DNA from: Octopus bimaculoides
Lineage: Eukaryota
DNA: 64,000 nt
Assembly: GCF_001194135.2 (NCBI RefSeq)
Contig: NC_068986.1
Span: forward strand, 26,858,331-26,922,330
Reading direction: 5' to 3'
Positions 52,333 to 64,000 of this stretch are shown here, piece by piece. Position numbers and translations under genes: made by a program. Numbering within the stretch: the stretch's first letter is position 1; each line of letters begins with the position of its first letter. The notes under the pieces are model-generated. The model ran no database searches and was not told the origin of the DNA. It worked only from the letters and a program-made list of their open reading frames with translations.

Positions 52333-55300
52333 ACCTTAATTTCAGCATACAAGCTTTCATGTTTTTGCTTATTTAACCCCAAAATTGCTCTGATTGAGCA
52401 GACCTTTGATAAAAGCCATAGCTTTTCACAAAGACATCCTACCATCTTATTAAAATTTTTTTAAAATAATTTTTTAAATGAAAAGACATATAGGACAGTT
52501 AGTCCCAAATATACAATAAGAAGGGATAGCCATGACTAGAATGAACAGCACTAGCAACAATTTTAATTATTGAAGGACTGCTTTGATAGAAAACGTTTCT
52601 GTTTTATGTGTAATAGTAAAGCGAAGATAGAAAAATTCTATAAGTATCTCTTCCTTCACCCTATGAACAACTCTAAAATGATTTCAGACATGGTCATCTG
52701 TTGTGTTATGGTGCAAAAATAGTTTTTTCGGTTTTGTATTAAAGAGGAATGTGCCAAACATTTGATCATGTTTCCTGTTGATTGAGCCAACAGAAATAAG
52801 TGCATAATTCCAGAGCTGTTACACCCTTTGAAAGCCAATATATTTATTCTGGTTTATTGTTAAAAAAAAAAAAAAAAGTAAAGTTGAAATGCTGTCTAAT
52901 TAATTACTGTTAATGTTAAACATAGAAATAAATGCTGGCTGCCACCAAGCAACAAAAACAATAATTAAAAATGTTATTTTTATAGCCATTAACATCATAG
53001 TAATTTGTGGGCAGTCAGCCGAGGTGGTAGAGTGTTGGAGTAAATACTTTTTGGAGGATTTAGTTCTGTTTATCTACATTCTGAGTTCAAATCCCACCAA
53101 GGTTGACTTTGCTTTTTTATACCACTAGGGAGAATTGATAAATTTGTCTTAGTCCAGTGACATAGCTAGAGAGTTTAGAAACAAGGGAAACCCTTGAGTT
53201 TGCTTGCCGTCACTCTCCCAACCCTATACACGCTTATACTGCAGACCTGAAATTTTCACTTCCATTAAAAGTGCCATCAAGGGCAGATTGTTCATCATCA
53301 TTATCATCATCATCATTTAATGTTTGCATGGGTTGGACAGTTTGGCATGGAGCTGGCTAGCAGGGAGCTATCCAAACTCCAGCTGTCTGTTGAGGCATGG
53401 TTTGTATGGCTGGATGCACTTCCTAATGCCAACCACTTAAGTGCATGCTGGTTGCGTTTTATGTGCCACCAGCATGGGTGTGTTCATGCAGCACTGGCAT
53501 AAGTGCATTTATGTAGCTCCGACATGGGTGCTTCTCATGTGGCACCAGCACCTGAAAGAACAAGCCTGTATGTGTGGAAGACAGCAATTTTACTTAGCTT
53601 GATTTGTCTTATCAAGTACAGCAAATCTGCCCTGTTTTAGTCTTATGTCTGTCAAAAGTCTACAGACTTATTAGACCTGAGTTTATCTTTATTTTTCCAT
53701 GGTATATAAGTCCTGAATGGGTTACCAGTCCCTCACTGGGTTAAGCTCTGCTGGCATTCACTTTTAGCTGAATAGACTGAAGGGATGTGAAATGAAGTGT
53801 TTTGCTCAAGGACACAATACCTTGCCCTGTCTGGAAACCAAAACCATGACCTTATGATTGTTAGTTCCACACCTTCACCACTAGGCTATGCAACTTCACA
53901 AATTAGTACCAGTAATTTTGGGAGGTATAATTTGATCAATTATATCCCTTCTCTTCAGATTTCTTCCATTGTCCCAATGCAAGGAATCTGCATTGTTGTT
54001 GTTATGGTTTCAATGTTTCTTATCTAATATAAGATGTTACAGCTAAGCTATATCCTATCTGATATCTGATGTATGACATATAGTAATGCATTGTTATTAT
54101 TGTTTTAAATATTTTATCGTGGGTGGGGGAGTTCTCTTTATTTGTATGTTTCTTCCATCTTGTTATTCCAACTTTTTTTTCTGAGAACCATTGTTGTTCT
54201 TCTCATGTTCATTTTTCAATTTGTATTGTTGCAAGTTTTTGTAATTAAGCTAATTTCAAAACCAGTTTATATTAGGTTAACGTTGTTAATAGTAAATAAA
54301 CTTGTTATCTGAAAGGAAATCTCCCTCTCTTTCTCTCTCCATTTTCTAGTCTATCTTGGTTTATTTATCTGATGGTTTGATTTTGATATTTCCTTATAAT
54401 ATCTTCAGAAACCTTTTAAACTATTTGAAACAGATTTGCATACAATACAGTTGTTTCCATAGTGAAGATTATTGGAAGCCAGGCTCTTTTATGTATGTGT
54501 GTGTATACAGATGTTTGTATATACGTCTTTACACGCAGATAGATATATAGATAGATAGATATATAGATAGATAGATTGATAGGAGACAAAGCTAAACTTT
54601 ATTGTAACAAAAGAAAAAAAAGTTTCTCCTTTTACCTTTCTCTTACAGTTGTTGAAAGTATCCTTGGATAATATTGGGAAAGCCTGAAGCTTTGATATAT
54701 TTTTTTACTTATCTTTCCATTTTATTCTGTCAAATTTTCAATTGTTTATTATTATTATTATTATTATTATGCAGTATTCAGTTTTATAGGCGTTCATATG
54801 AAGTACAACGCACAGACATCCTAAGGGGCATAAGAGCTTCTTTTTCCAACTTTTTCTTTTTTACTCTACCTGCAAAAATTAGTCATTCCTCTGTAATGAC
54901 CTTGTATTATCTATATTCTATGCTAAGCATGCACTGGTCTAAGAGTGGTAACAAATTGTTTCTAAGAAAATTGCCATAGGCTCCAGTTTGGCTTTCAAAC
55001 GAAGTCAATGTACATTATATATATCTATACATGTATGTATTTGCTTTTAATTATTGATATTTAACTTTGGATGTATCGGAAGATTTTGATACTAAGTTTT
55101 GATTCAATACTCATATGAATAAGGTGGCACGTTGGCAAGATTGTTAACTGGTCAAAATAAAATGTTTAGTGGCATTTCTTCGAGTTCTTTATGTTCCGAG
55201 TTGAAATTTCACTGAGGTCGAGTTTGCCTTTTGTCCTTTCAGGGTTGATAAATTCCATACCAGTTGAACACTAGAGTCGATGTAATAGGAAAACGCTTCT

Positions 55301-55669
55301 TATGGCATTGTTCCAGCATGGCCACAGCCTCTGGTTGAAACTGATAATGGAATAAATGAATAGAATAAATATTAGCATGGGCATGGCTGTGTGGATATGG
55401 TCAGTTTTATTTCCCTGCATGCGTACTTAGGACAAATGTCTTCTACTGAATCCCCAGGCCAGCCAATGCATTGTGAGTGGAATTGGTTGACTGAAACTGT
55501 ATGCAAGTCTATCAAGAGATGCCTTTTTCTGCACATCAAAAGCATATGGCGAATGTGTTTACAGTCTTACAGTTTGCCATCCTTGCAAATTGTTTCCTCA
55601 TATTTAAAAATCTCTGCAAGTCCTTCTTATTGACACTGTTTTGTGCATAAAATATAATTGTGTTTGTGT

Positions 55670-55953
55670 GTGTGCTGTATCCCCAAAACATGCATCGAGA
55701 GTGATAAAAATCAAACACCCAGTCAACATCATGGTGTTTGGAGTGATCACTAGTGATGGCAACCATCTTCCCACATGGACTCAAACTCAACATGGGACCA
55801 TACATCAAGGAGGTAGTGCTGCCCTGGGGGGAAGAGGATGGCTACTGGAAGACCCTACATGACTAGGGTCTGGCTACATGACTCTGCACCTTGCCACATA
55901 AGCAGGAGAACCCAGTCATGGCTGTCAGACAATTTCTGCAACCACATCACCCC
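55670..55953 (+). mobile_element. Degraded Tc1/mariner (probably DD37D/maT-like) transposase fragment
   Basis: Frameshifted translation KIKHPVNIMVFGVITSDG ... GRPY...HDSAPCHISRRTQSWLSDNFCNHITP. The third catalytic residue is not present, so the family call is from recognition. Confidence 0.75.
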
Positions 55954-57336
55954 TTCCTTCCTTCCCTCCCTTCCCTTCCTTCCTTCCNNNNNNNNNNCTC
56001 CCTTCCCTTCCTTCCTTCGAATAAAATTTGGTTGCTATTTTTAGCAGTTTGAGCAACTGCATAGGGTTTCCCCACATTGGTTTGATCTCTCATGGATGTC
56101 AGATTACAGTGGGGCTGATAAAGATAGCACATTATTTTGGATGTAGGAACATCATTTTATATTTGAAAGATTTAATTTTAAGATTGTTCACGAATAGATA
56201 TGTCATGTTATAGTTCTTTATTATAGATGAAAATGCTTGTTTCTTTTTTTCTTAAATTTTATTTTTAGAATTTAGTGTCTCAGAGTTCCTGGTCTTATTT
56301 TAATTACTTTGTGATCTTCCATCACTATCTCTCTCCTTCTTGTTTCTTCTCCTCGTTATCATCAACATCTGAAGATAATCATGATCTGACTACTAAGATA
56401 GAATGAAAATGATATTTAGACATTATCGTGTTGCAATACAATAATACAGTTAAAAATAGCTGGAGAAATATATTTATATTATATTCCTAATTTAAGAAAT
56501 AGAGTTTGTCAAACCTTATGTAGTTTATTGGTAACAAGGTTGGCCATCAATCAAAAGGTTCATAGTTCAACTCACGTCAATAGGCCTGTTGTTCTTTCCT
56601 GTCTCAAATTGATGTTTATAATGCCTAGAATCATCTTTCTGCAGTCTGAGTGATGTATGCTTTTTGTAGTCTACATTAGCTGCAATTTTCTTGGATAGTC
56701 ACATTCCTGATAAAGAGTGTTACTTTATTAGATAGTGGCGTTCCCTATGTATTTCTTGCTTTATGTATATAGAAGAAGACCCAAGTTTTTACAGTATATA
56801 TTTTTAGCAAGTTTAAGTTGCAAAAGTCCTGATTGTGGACCGAGAATATTTGCTGCTTCTAATACCCCCCCCCCTGTTTTCCTGTCTCTGGATTTTGCAT
56901 AGTGAGGACTACAAAATGGTATTCATAAATTATTATCCTCATTGTCTTTGTAAGTGTGACCAAGTCTGTAAAATATGTCATTCCTATTTCCATGGCCTAG
57001 TGGTTAGGCTATTGCTCTCAGGATTGTTAGATCATGGTTTCAATTCCAGAACTGGTTGGTGCATTGTGTTTTTGAGCAAAAAAAAAAAATCATTTTATTT
57101 TACTCAACTGTGAGTTTCATAATAGCTGGGAAGTTAACCTATGATTGATTGATGTCCCATTCAAGAGGGAGTGTTATAATATCAATAACTTACACATTGT
57201 GGAAGCCAGGTTAAGGTGTTTGCTTCCTAATCTTATGGTTTGGTGTTCAGCCTCACTGTGTGGCACCTCTACTATATTCCTGGGCTGACCAATGCCATGT
57301 GTGTGGATTTAGTAGATGGAAACTTAAAAATAGCCT

Positions 57337-57370
<34 letters not shown>

Positions 57371-57775
57371 TGATGGTTGTAAATGAGTGTCACTGTCATA
57401 CAAGCAGTGCTATTCATTTCCAATATTCTGTGGAAATGTATCGGCCCNNNNNNNNNNNNNNNNNNNNNNNNNNNNNNNNNNNNNNNNNNNNNNNNNNNNN
57501 NNNNNNNNNNNNNNNNNNNNNNNNNNNNNNNNNNNNNNNNNNNNNNNNNNNNNNNNNNNNNNNNNNNNNNNNNNNNNNNNNNNNNNNNNNNNNNNNNNNN
57601 NNNNNNNNNNNNNNNNNNNNNNNNNNNNNNNNNNNNNNNNNNNNNNNNNNNNNNNNNNNNNNNNNNNNNNNNNNNGTGACAATAATGTTAATATTTTAGC
57701 CATGCAGTATTATCTTTAACACATTTCTCTGCCTATTGAAGATGTAATGTATGTTTGGTTATATATAGCCTTAGT

Positions 57776-58022
57776 CATCATCATCATTGTTTAACATCCG
57801 CTTTCCATGCTGGCATGGGTTGGACGATTTGACTGAGGACTGGTGAAACCAGATGGCTACACCAGGCTCCAATCTGATCTGGCAGAGTTTCTACAGCTGG
57901 ATGCTCTTCCTAACGCCAACCACTCAGAGAGTGTAGTGGGTGCTTTTACGTGCCACCGGCACGAGGGCCAGTCAGGCGGTACTGGCAACGGCCACGCTCA
58001 AAATGGTGTATTTTACGTGCCT
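57776..58022 (-). mobile_element. Young RTE 3'-tail copy
   Basis: catcatcattgtttaacatccgctttccatgctggcatggg...ggccacgctcaaaatggtgtattttacgtgcc. Confidence 0.9.
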
Positions 58023-59497
58023 GTCATTGTGGTGTTTTCTTTCCAGGGACCAGTTCACCATACAGCAGGTCTCCTGTTAAATTTAAACTGAAATTAATTG
58101 ATTTATTAAATCCTATTTATTTGTTCAGATTCCATTAATTTCCTGCTAGAAGAATTAAATTCTAAGTTACACACATCAACAACACCTCTTGTTTTATAAT
58201 CTTACTCTAATAATCAACTCCTTTAAGGAACTTCTGGATTCTATCATATCAGCTTCATCTTATTAATTTACAAGTTTTAAAAAAATTTTTACATTTAAAA
58301 AATTTTTTTCTTTAAAAGTCAGGAAAATTTATCTTATATTTTATTTTTTAATGCTAAATTTATTCCTTAGATTTCATTTTACATATCATGAGCAACTGTT
58401 TTCCCATCATGTTTTACTGCAGTACTCTGTTTCTAACTGCTGCTAGACTATTTATCTCTCAAAAATCAAATGTAGCAATTTTCCACTAATTATGTAAGAA
58501 CATCAATGTTGTTGAGGCTGTAATTTTCTGTGATTGGATTTTTACACATAGAAAGCAATATCTACGCACGCTTCCATCAACAGCCATTGAAAAATGATGA
58601 CCTATCATCAACCTTCCACTATTTGTTCAGACTTACTATTCCTTTCTGATAGCTTTCAAATTTTTTACTGTTCATTAATCTTGTCTCTCATTCTCTCACT
58701 TCTCCAGGAAATATGCTATCCATTGCACCTGCTTTGCTACATTTTCTGATATTTGTTACAACACAAACATAACTTCACATCATCCTGTTTTGTCATCACC
58801 TCCTTATAGCAAATAATTAAATGTATGAAAGCCTAGTTTTGAAACATAATTGTTGTATATATATAATTGCGTGTTTCTATTGCACTTGTAACCTGTCACC
58901 AAAATTGTTGTTTGGTATGTAATGACTATGATGTTACATTTATTCATAAACAGGTTTCTTGCTTGGGTTTTCTTGAGGCAAAGCAAAATAGATTTGTTGA
59001 CAGTGTACTTAATTCCATTATGGTGTCCAGTGTTAATTAAAATAATCACCACAAACTAATTGGTACTGAAATTTGTTTGAAGTTGTTTTACTTTGTCCCA
59101 GAAAGTTGAATTTATGCTACAAGACTGCAAAAGGCACATGGCGTAGTCTTTAGCGTGTTGCACTTACAATCGTATGACTGAAATTTCAATTCCAAGACTG
59201 GGCAGTGCTTTGTGTTCTTTGTGCAAAACACTTTATTCCACATAGCTCCTGTCCTCTCTGCTGTAAATCAACAATCCTGCATTGAACTGGTGTCCTGTTC
59301 AGAGGGAATGTTACTTATACACCATGGGAAGTGGGTAACTAGCCCTACAAGTCCTAAGACTTAATACAATAAAATGTATAAGTTAAAAGAAACTAGTATT
59401 GTGTTTATATGTTTAACATATTATGGTTATTGGCATTTAATGGTAGGTGTGTTTATAATGCATAAAATAGTTGTTACTTTGTCATTTTGTTTGCTTT

Positions 59498-59930
59498 AAA
59501 AGGCAGCTATGCTGGTGACATATAAAGGGCACCCGTGCCGGTGACACGTAAAGGGCACCCGTGCCGGTGACACATAAAGGGCACTTCTGCCGGTGACACG
59601 TAAAGGGGCACCTGTGTCAGTGACACGTAAAGGGGCACCTGTACCGGTGACACATAAAGGGTGCCTGTGCTGGTGACATGTAAAGGGCACCTGTGCTAGC
59701 GACACGTAAAGGGCACCTGTGCTGGTGACATGTAAAGGGCACCTGTGCCGGTGACATGTAAAGGGGCACCTGTGCCGGTGACACGTTAAGAGCACCTGTG
59801 CCAGTGACAGGTAAAGGGCACCTGTGCCGGTGACAGGTAAAGGGGCACCTGTGCCGGTGACATGTTAAAGGGCACCTGTGCCGGTGACACGTAAAGGGCA
59901 CCTGTGCCAGTGACACGTTAAGGGCACCTG
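59498..59930. repeat. 26-bp minisatellite (AAAGGGCACCTGTGCCGGTGACACGT), about 16.5 copies, joined to an RTE 3' tail at 59930-60047
   Basis: Units counted by eye. Related to the gtgcgggtgacacgtaaaagcacc segment of the RTE tails. Confidence 0.92.
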
Positions 59931-61726
59931 GGACAGAAACCAAGCTAAAGCAGACTGGAACCTGCTGCACCTCTTTGGCTTACCAGTTCCAGTCAAACTG
60001 TCTAATCCATACCAATGTGGAAAAACGGATGCTAAATGATGATGATTGTCTATCTTGATATATCTTTTATTGTTCATGTGGGATGTTGTGTAAAGAAGCT
60101 TTCACTTAAGCATGGGGAATTAGAATGAAGTGCTTTTAACTAGATGCAATCATAACAGATAAACAAGCGTGGCACAAAATCTTTAGTGCTAAATGGAAAG
60201 AGAACCTACTCAAAGCTAAATTTATTAATCTCTAGAAACATTACTATTGTTTTTATGAACTTTTTCCTGGTATATTTGATCTTATTATTGTTATCTGGTC
60301 CAAAATACATTGTATTCAAATCACTGAGATTATTATGACAGTTAATGAGTTAAGATATCTTAAACCTAATTAGTGACATCATTCATATGATCAAGGAGTT
60401 CTCTACATGGCTTTGTGTTACATCATCATCATCATCATCATTTGATGTCCACTTTACCATGGCTTGCATGAGTCAGACCAAATTTGTTGAGGCAGATTTT
60501 CTATAGCCAGATGCCCTTCTTGTTGCCAACACTCACCTGTTTCCAAACAAAGTAATATTTTCCCTAAACTAGACATGCCTTTCAGAGAAGATTGGAAATG
60601 AGCAACTTTGCTTATATGATGATAATGCTTATTTACACACACACACATTCACAACAGTCTTTACTTTCCCAATTCCCAGATCATGTAAAAGGGATGTTTT
60701 TTGTCATTATTAAATGGTGGTGGTGGTGGGGGGGAGACAGCTAAGAATGAAATAACTTTAAAAATGATTTGAGTTTGATTTACCTTATTAGAAAATAATT
60801 ATCAGTTTTATTTAATCAAGTAATGATTTGCACATTAAAACGTACCCAGTTAGCGTCGTCATTGTCGTCATCGTCGTCCTCCTCCTCCTCAGTGTGGTGA
60901 ATTTGTGTGTGTAGATGCATGCAGATGTGGCTGTGTTGTTAATCTTGCTTACCAACCAGATGGGCAGGTATCTCCTACCACAGTGCTGGGCTGACTAAGG
61001 CCTTGTGATTGGATTTGGTTGACAGAAACTAAAAAAGAAGCCCATTGTGTATAAATGTGTGTGTGTGTGTGTGCATGTGCATGGGTGTGTTGCTTTGCCT
61101 TGAAATTGCTCAATAGTTATAAATATCTATCACCATCATACAACAGATGTCTTTTATTTCCAACCTCTCATGAAAGCATGGGGGAAATATTACTGTTCTT
61201 TGAAGCAAGTGAAGGTTGACAACAAGAAGGGCATCTGGCCATAGAAAATTTACCTTAACAGATTCTGTCCAACCCATGCAAGCATGAAAGAGTGGACATT
61301 TAAATGATGATGATGATGATGATGATGATGATATATTCTTGGTGAAAACATCAACTGTCAACAGTTGTCAGAATTACGGTTGATGCCTTTTTTGCATCTG
61401 ATGGTATCCATATTGTTTTCGTAGTCTCAATGTAGTCAATGTCAGCAAAACAGTTTTGATTTGTGGTGTTTATTCTAACAGTAAGGCTTTTGTTATTTTA
61501 AGGTTCTTTGCTGTTCTCTCAGTATTAGATGACTGTGGCAAGGATGTTTACTTCTGTGTTTGATGAAGTCAACATGCAGAGCACAACATCATTGCAAGCT
61601 GACATGTGCATCGGACATGCTGTGATGGCATGCTCAGAAATATATATATATATATATATACACACACTTTGTTTTTGTATCCGGTTTGCAAGATTTCTTC
61701 TGTGAACTTGTGTGTTGAAGCAAATT

Positions 61727-61921
61727 ATGTTGTGTCTGGGGAGAGTCATATTGTCTTAATGCCTTATTATCTAACACACTCACTGGTTCGATTTCCATTC
61801 ATTTTTTTGTATATTTTTTATTTCTTTTTATATGGAAGAAAAAATATGAGTGGAAATCGAACCGGTGAGTGTGTTAGATAATAAGGCATTAAGACAATAT
61901 GACTCTCCCCAGACATAACAT
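61727..61921. mobile_element. Short palindromic element (MITE-like): about 75-bp inverted arms around an AT-rich spacer
   Basis: atgttgtgtctggggagagtcatattg...gatttccattc versus gagtggaaatcgaaccgg...ccagacataacat. MITE identity is inferred. Confidence 0.6.
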
Positions 61922-62205
61922 GCATATANNNNNNNNNNNNNNNNNNNNNNNNNNNNNNNNNNNNNNNNNNNNNNNNNNNNNNNNNNNNNNNNNNNNNNNN
62001 NNNNNNNNNNNNNNNNNNNNNNNNNNNNNNNNNNNNNNNNNNNNNNNNNNNNNNNNNNNNNNNNNNNNNNNNNNNNNNNNNNNNNNNNNNNNNNNNNNNN
62101 NNNNNNNNNNNNNNNNNNNNNNNNNNNNNNNNNNNNNNNNNNNNNNNNNNNNNNNNNNNNNNNNNNNNNNNNNNNNNNNNNNNNNNNNNNNNNNNNNNNN
62201 NNNNN

Positions 62206-62245
<40 letters not shown>

Positions 62246-62248
<3 letters not shown>

Positions 62249-62465
62249 ACTCTTTTACTTGTTTCAGTCATTTGACTGCAGCCATGCTGGAGCACCTCCT
62301 TTATAGTCGAGCAAATTGACCCCAGGACTTATTCTTTGGAAGCCTACTACTCTACTTATTCTCTCGATCTCTTTTGCCAAACTGCTAAGTTATGGAGACG
62401 TAAACACACCAGCATCGGTTGTCAAGCGATATTGGAGGGACAAACACAGACTCACAAACACACAC
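62246..62465 (-). mobile_element. Family A SINE, 3' half
   Basis: actcttttacttgtttcagtcatttgactgcagccatgctggagcacc... Confidence 0.85.
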
Positions 62466-62678
62466 ACACAACTGGATGCTCTTCCCATCACTAACCACTC
62501 ACCCATGAAGTGGAAAAGGAAGTTTTGTCATTCAGGTGAACTGGAGCAAGCAGAGTAACATACCTTGCTAGTAGCACACTATATATATTGGCTCCAGATC
62601 AGAGATTAGAACTTGAGACCATGCAGCCATTACTCTAGTGTTCGACAATCTCAAACCTTTGTCAGACAAACTTATAGA

Positions 62679-62806
62679 TGAGCGTGGCCGTTTTCGTGCG
62701 GGTGACACGTAAAAGCACCCACTACACTCTCTGAGTGGTTGGCGTTAGGAAGGGCATCCAGCTGTAGAAACTCTGCCAAATTAGACTTGAGCCTGGTGTT
62801 GCCATC
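62679..62806 (+). mobile_element. Young RTE 3'-tail copy running into a gap
   Basis: Reverse complement of 14897-15021 with 2 differences. Confidence 0.88.
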
Positions 62807-62942
62807 NNNNNNNNNNNNNNNNNNNNNNNNNNNNNNNNNNNNNNNNNNNNNNNNNNNNNNNNNNNNNNNNNNNNNNNNNNNNNNNNNNNNNNNNNNNNNN
62901 NNNNNNNNNNNNNNNNNNNNNNNNNNNNNNNNNNNNNNNNNN

Positions 62943-62972
<30 letters not shown>

Positions 62973-62974
<2 letters not shown>

Positions 62975-63120
62975 GACACGCTTCTTTCAGTTTCCGTCTA
63001 CCAAATCCACTCACAAGGCTTTGGTCGGCTTAAGGCTTTGGTCGGCCCAAGGCTATAGTAGAAGACACTTGCCCAAGCTGCTACGCAGTGGGACTGAACC
63101 TGGAACCATGTGGTTGGTAT
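62973..63120 (-). mobile_element. Family A SINE, 5' half, with a 17-bp internal tandem duplication
   Basis: aaggctttggtcggc occurs twice at about 63016-63047. Confidence 0.85.
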
Positions 63121-63436
63121 GCGCAGTGACTAGTTTCAAGTGTACCACTCCTGTTGCTACAAACTGCTGCGCTGAAACTTCACACCTTAAATCCTCCCCA
63201 CACCATTTTCTATATACATATTTTTTTAAATGTTACTTTTAATGGCTTTGGACATGTTGTTTTATGATACAGTATATTAAAACCAGTCCAAACTGTTTTG
63301 TTTATGTTTCTTTTTTTTTTATGTTTCTTATAAGTATCTATTCTGGTGTATATGCGCCACACACACACACAAACACACACACACACACGCACAAACACAC
63401 ACATGTACTCTCTTTTCCTGCTCTTTACCCATTTAG

Positions 63437-63545
63437 AACTGCAAAACAATTTTATGAATGTCATTAATATTGGCAAAGTGTTTGAGTTACCAACCATTGG
63501 ATCAGATAAAGACAGCTATAGCAAACGGCCTTTTAGTATTTCATG
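63437..63545 (+). CDS. Candidate orphan exon (109 nt), (E)LQNNFMNVINIGKVFELPTIGSDKDSYSKRPFSIS(W/C); gene assignment uncertain
   Basis: Pyrimidine tract ctcttttcctgctctttacccatttAG, donor TG|GTAAGA. Only the phase-1 frame is open, which matches the last SMG5 exon. No motif recognised. Confidence 0.35.
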
Positions 63546-64000
63546 GTAAGAAGTGAAGTGAAAAGAGCAATTTAGTAGAAAAAGCTATTGGTTTTGCTGC
63601 GTCTTTGAATTTCAATTGACTTTTGGTAGTGTTAACGTCTTCAAATATTAATCTGTCCACAAGATGGAAGATGCCAACACTTTTAAATAGCTGTTCTTTA
63701 TTATTTAAATGTATTGGCATGTTCCTTGTTCAGATATTTGCAGTAAATATAGTGGCTGTGTTAGGTTCTTTGTTAAGCAGAGTATAGCCTACTCTGTGCT
63801 GCATCCTGGGTGAATTGCATCTAGTTTCTAGTTTCTGGTTTCATTTTGAAGTGTATTCTACTGCTTCTGTTAGATATTATAACATTGCAGTGTCAGAGGT
63901 ACATGCATTAGCTTGGGTGAGTAGTGTTTGCTCTTACCCCATGGGTAATCTTTGTGTGTGTGTATGTGTGTGTTTGGTGGAGTTCGTCTTTTATTTTGTT

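Larger units (their letters stand above)
3905..62246. repeat. Numerous simple microsatellites: (GT)n/(AC)n, (TA)n, (GA)n, (ATT)n, (GAT)n
   Basis: Examples: (GT)n 3905-3952 and 6268-6309, (AC)n 10071-10146, (ATT)n 11790-11845, (TA)n 19542-19608, (CT)n 31920-32037, (GA)n 33410-33457. Confidence 0.95.
1998..62942. other. Assembly gaps (N-runs)
   Basis: Approximately 1998-2363, 15190-15199, 20796-20891, 29677-30198, 31386-31835, 33066-33337, 33882-33981, 34884-35319, 37976-38555, 39598-40110, 44863-45651, 55988-55997, 57448-57675, 61929-62205 and 62807-62942. Most are flanked by microsatellites. Confidence 0.97.

Noticed and set aside
59498-59930. Regular 26-bp array superficially like CRISPR
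   Set aside because: Head-to-tail units with no unique spacers, eukaryotic context, derived from an RTE tail.
61529-61705. Short ORF MTVARMFTSVFDEVNMQSTTSLQADMCIGHAVMACSE...
   Set aside because: No donor, runs into a (TA)n repeat, no recognisable motif.
1754-62979. Many long ORFs containing X runs (for example 1754-2443, 29513-30226, 37683-38576, 44730-45830)
   Set aside because: They read through N gaps and flanking microsatellites and are artefacts of the ORF caller.

Overview
AT-rich, repeat-dense eukaryotic DNA from a gapped short-read scaffold (15 N-runs). The SINE, RTE-LINE and MITE families indicate an octopus genome (my recognition; no search run). One protein-coding gene is well supported: the middle of SMG5 (EST1B, nonsense-mediated decay factor) on the + strand. 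Seven phase-compatible GT-AG exons between 660 and 21021 give 388 uninterrupted codons, ending in ...EGLLHVVKVLCDWMKCHASVITTCAQ|SSQSLWCRLSVLLNFLP. The 5' exons lie upstream of the window. I could not find the C-terminal PIN-domain exons in the remaining 43 kb; there is one orphan phase-compatible exon candidate at 63437-63545. The rest is intronic: tRNA-derived SINEs, RTE and CR1 LINE remnants, Tc1/mariner (DD41D, DD37D) relics, hAT- and piggyBac-type MITEs, mini- and microsatellites. The best second-look items are: (1) a promoter-like CpG patch plus stop-containing 3' splice sites inside an SMG5 intron; (2) a foldback DD41D mariner built from two 3' halves; (3) an identical inverted duplication at an RTE 5' junction; (4) SINE insertions in all three hAT MITE copies I recognised; (5) repeated inverted RTE-tail pairs that could form dsRNA. 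I see no clear evidence for a wholly new multi-gene system; all novelty claims are hypotheses.
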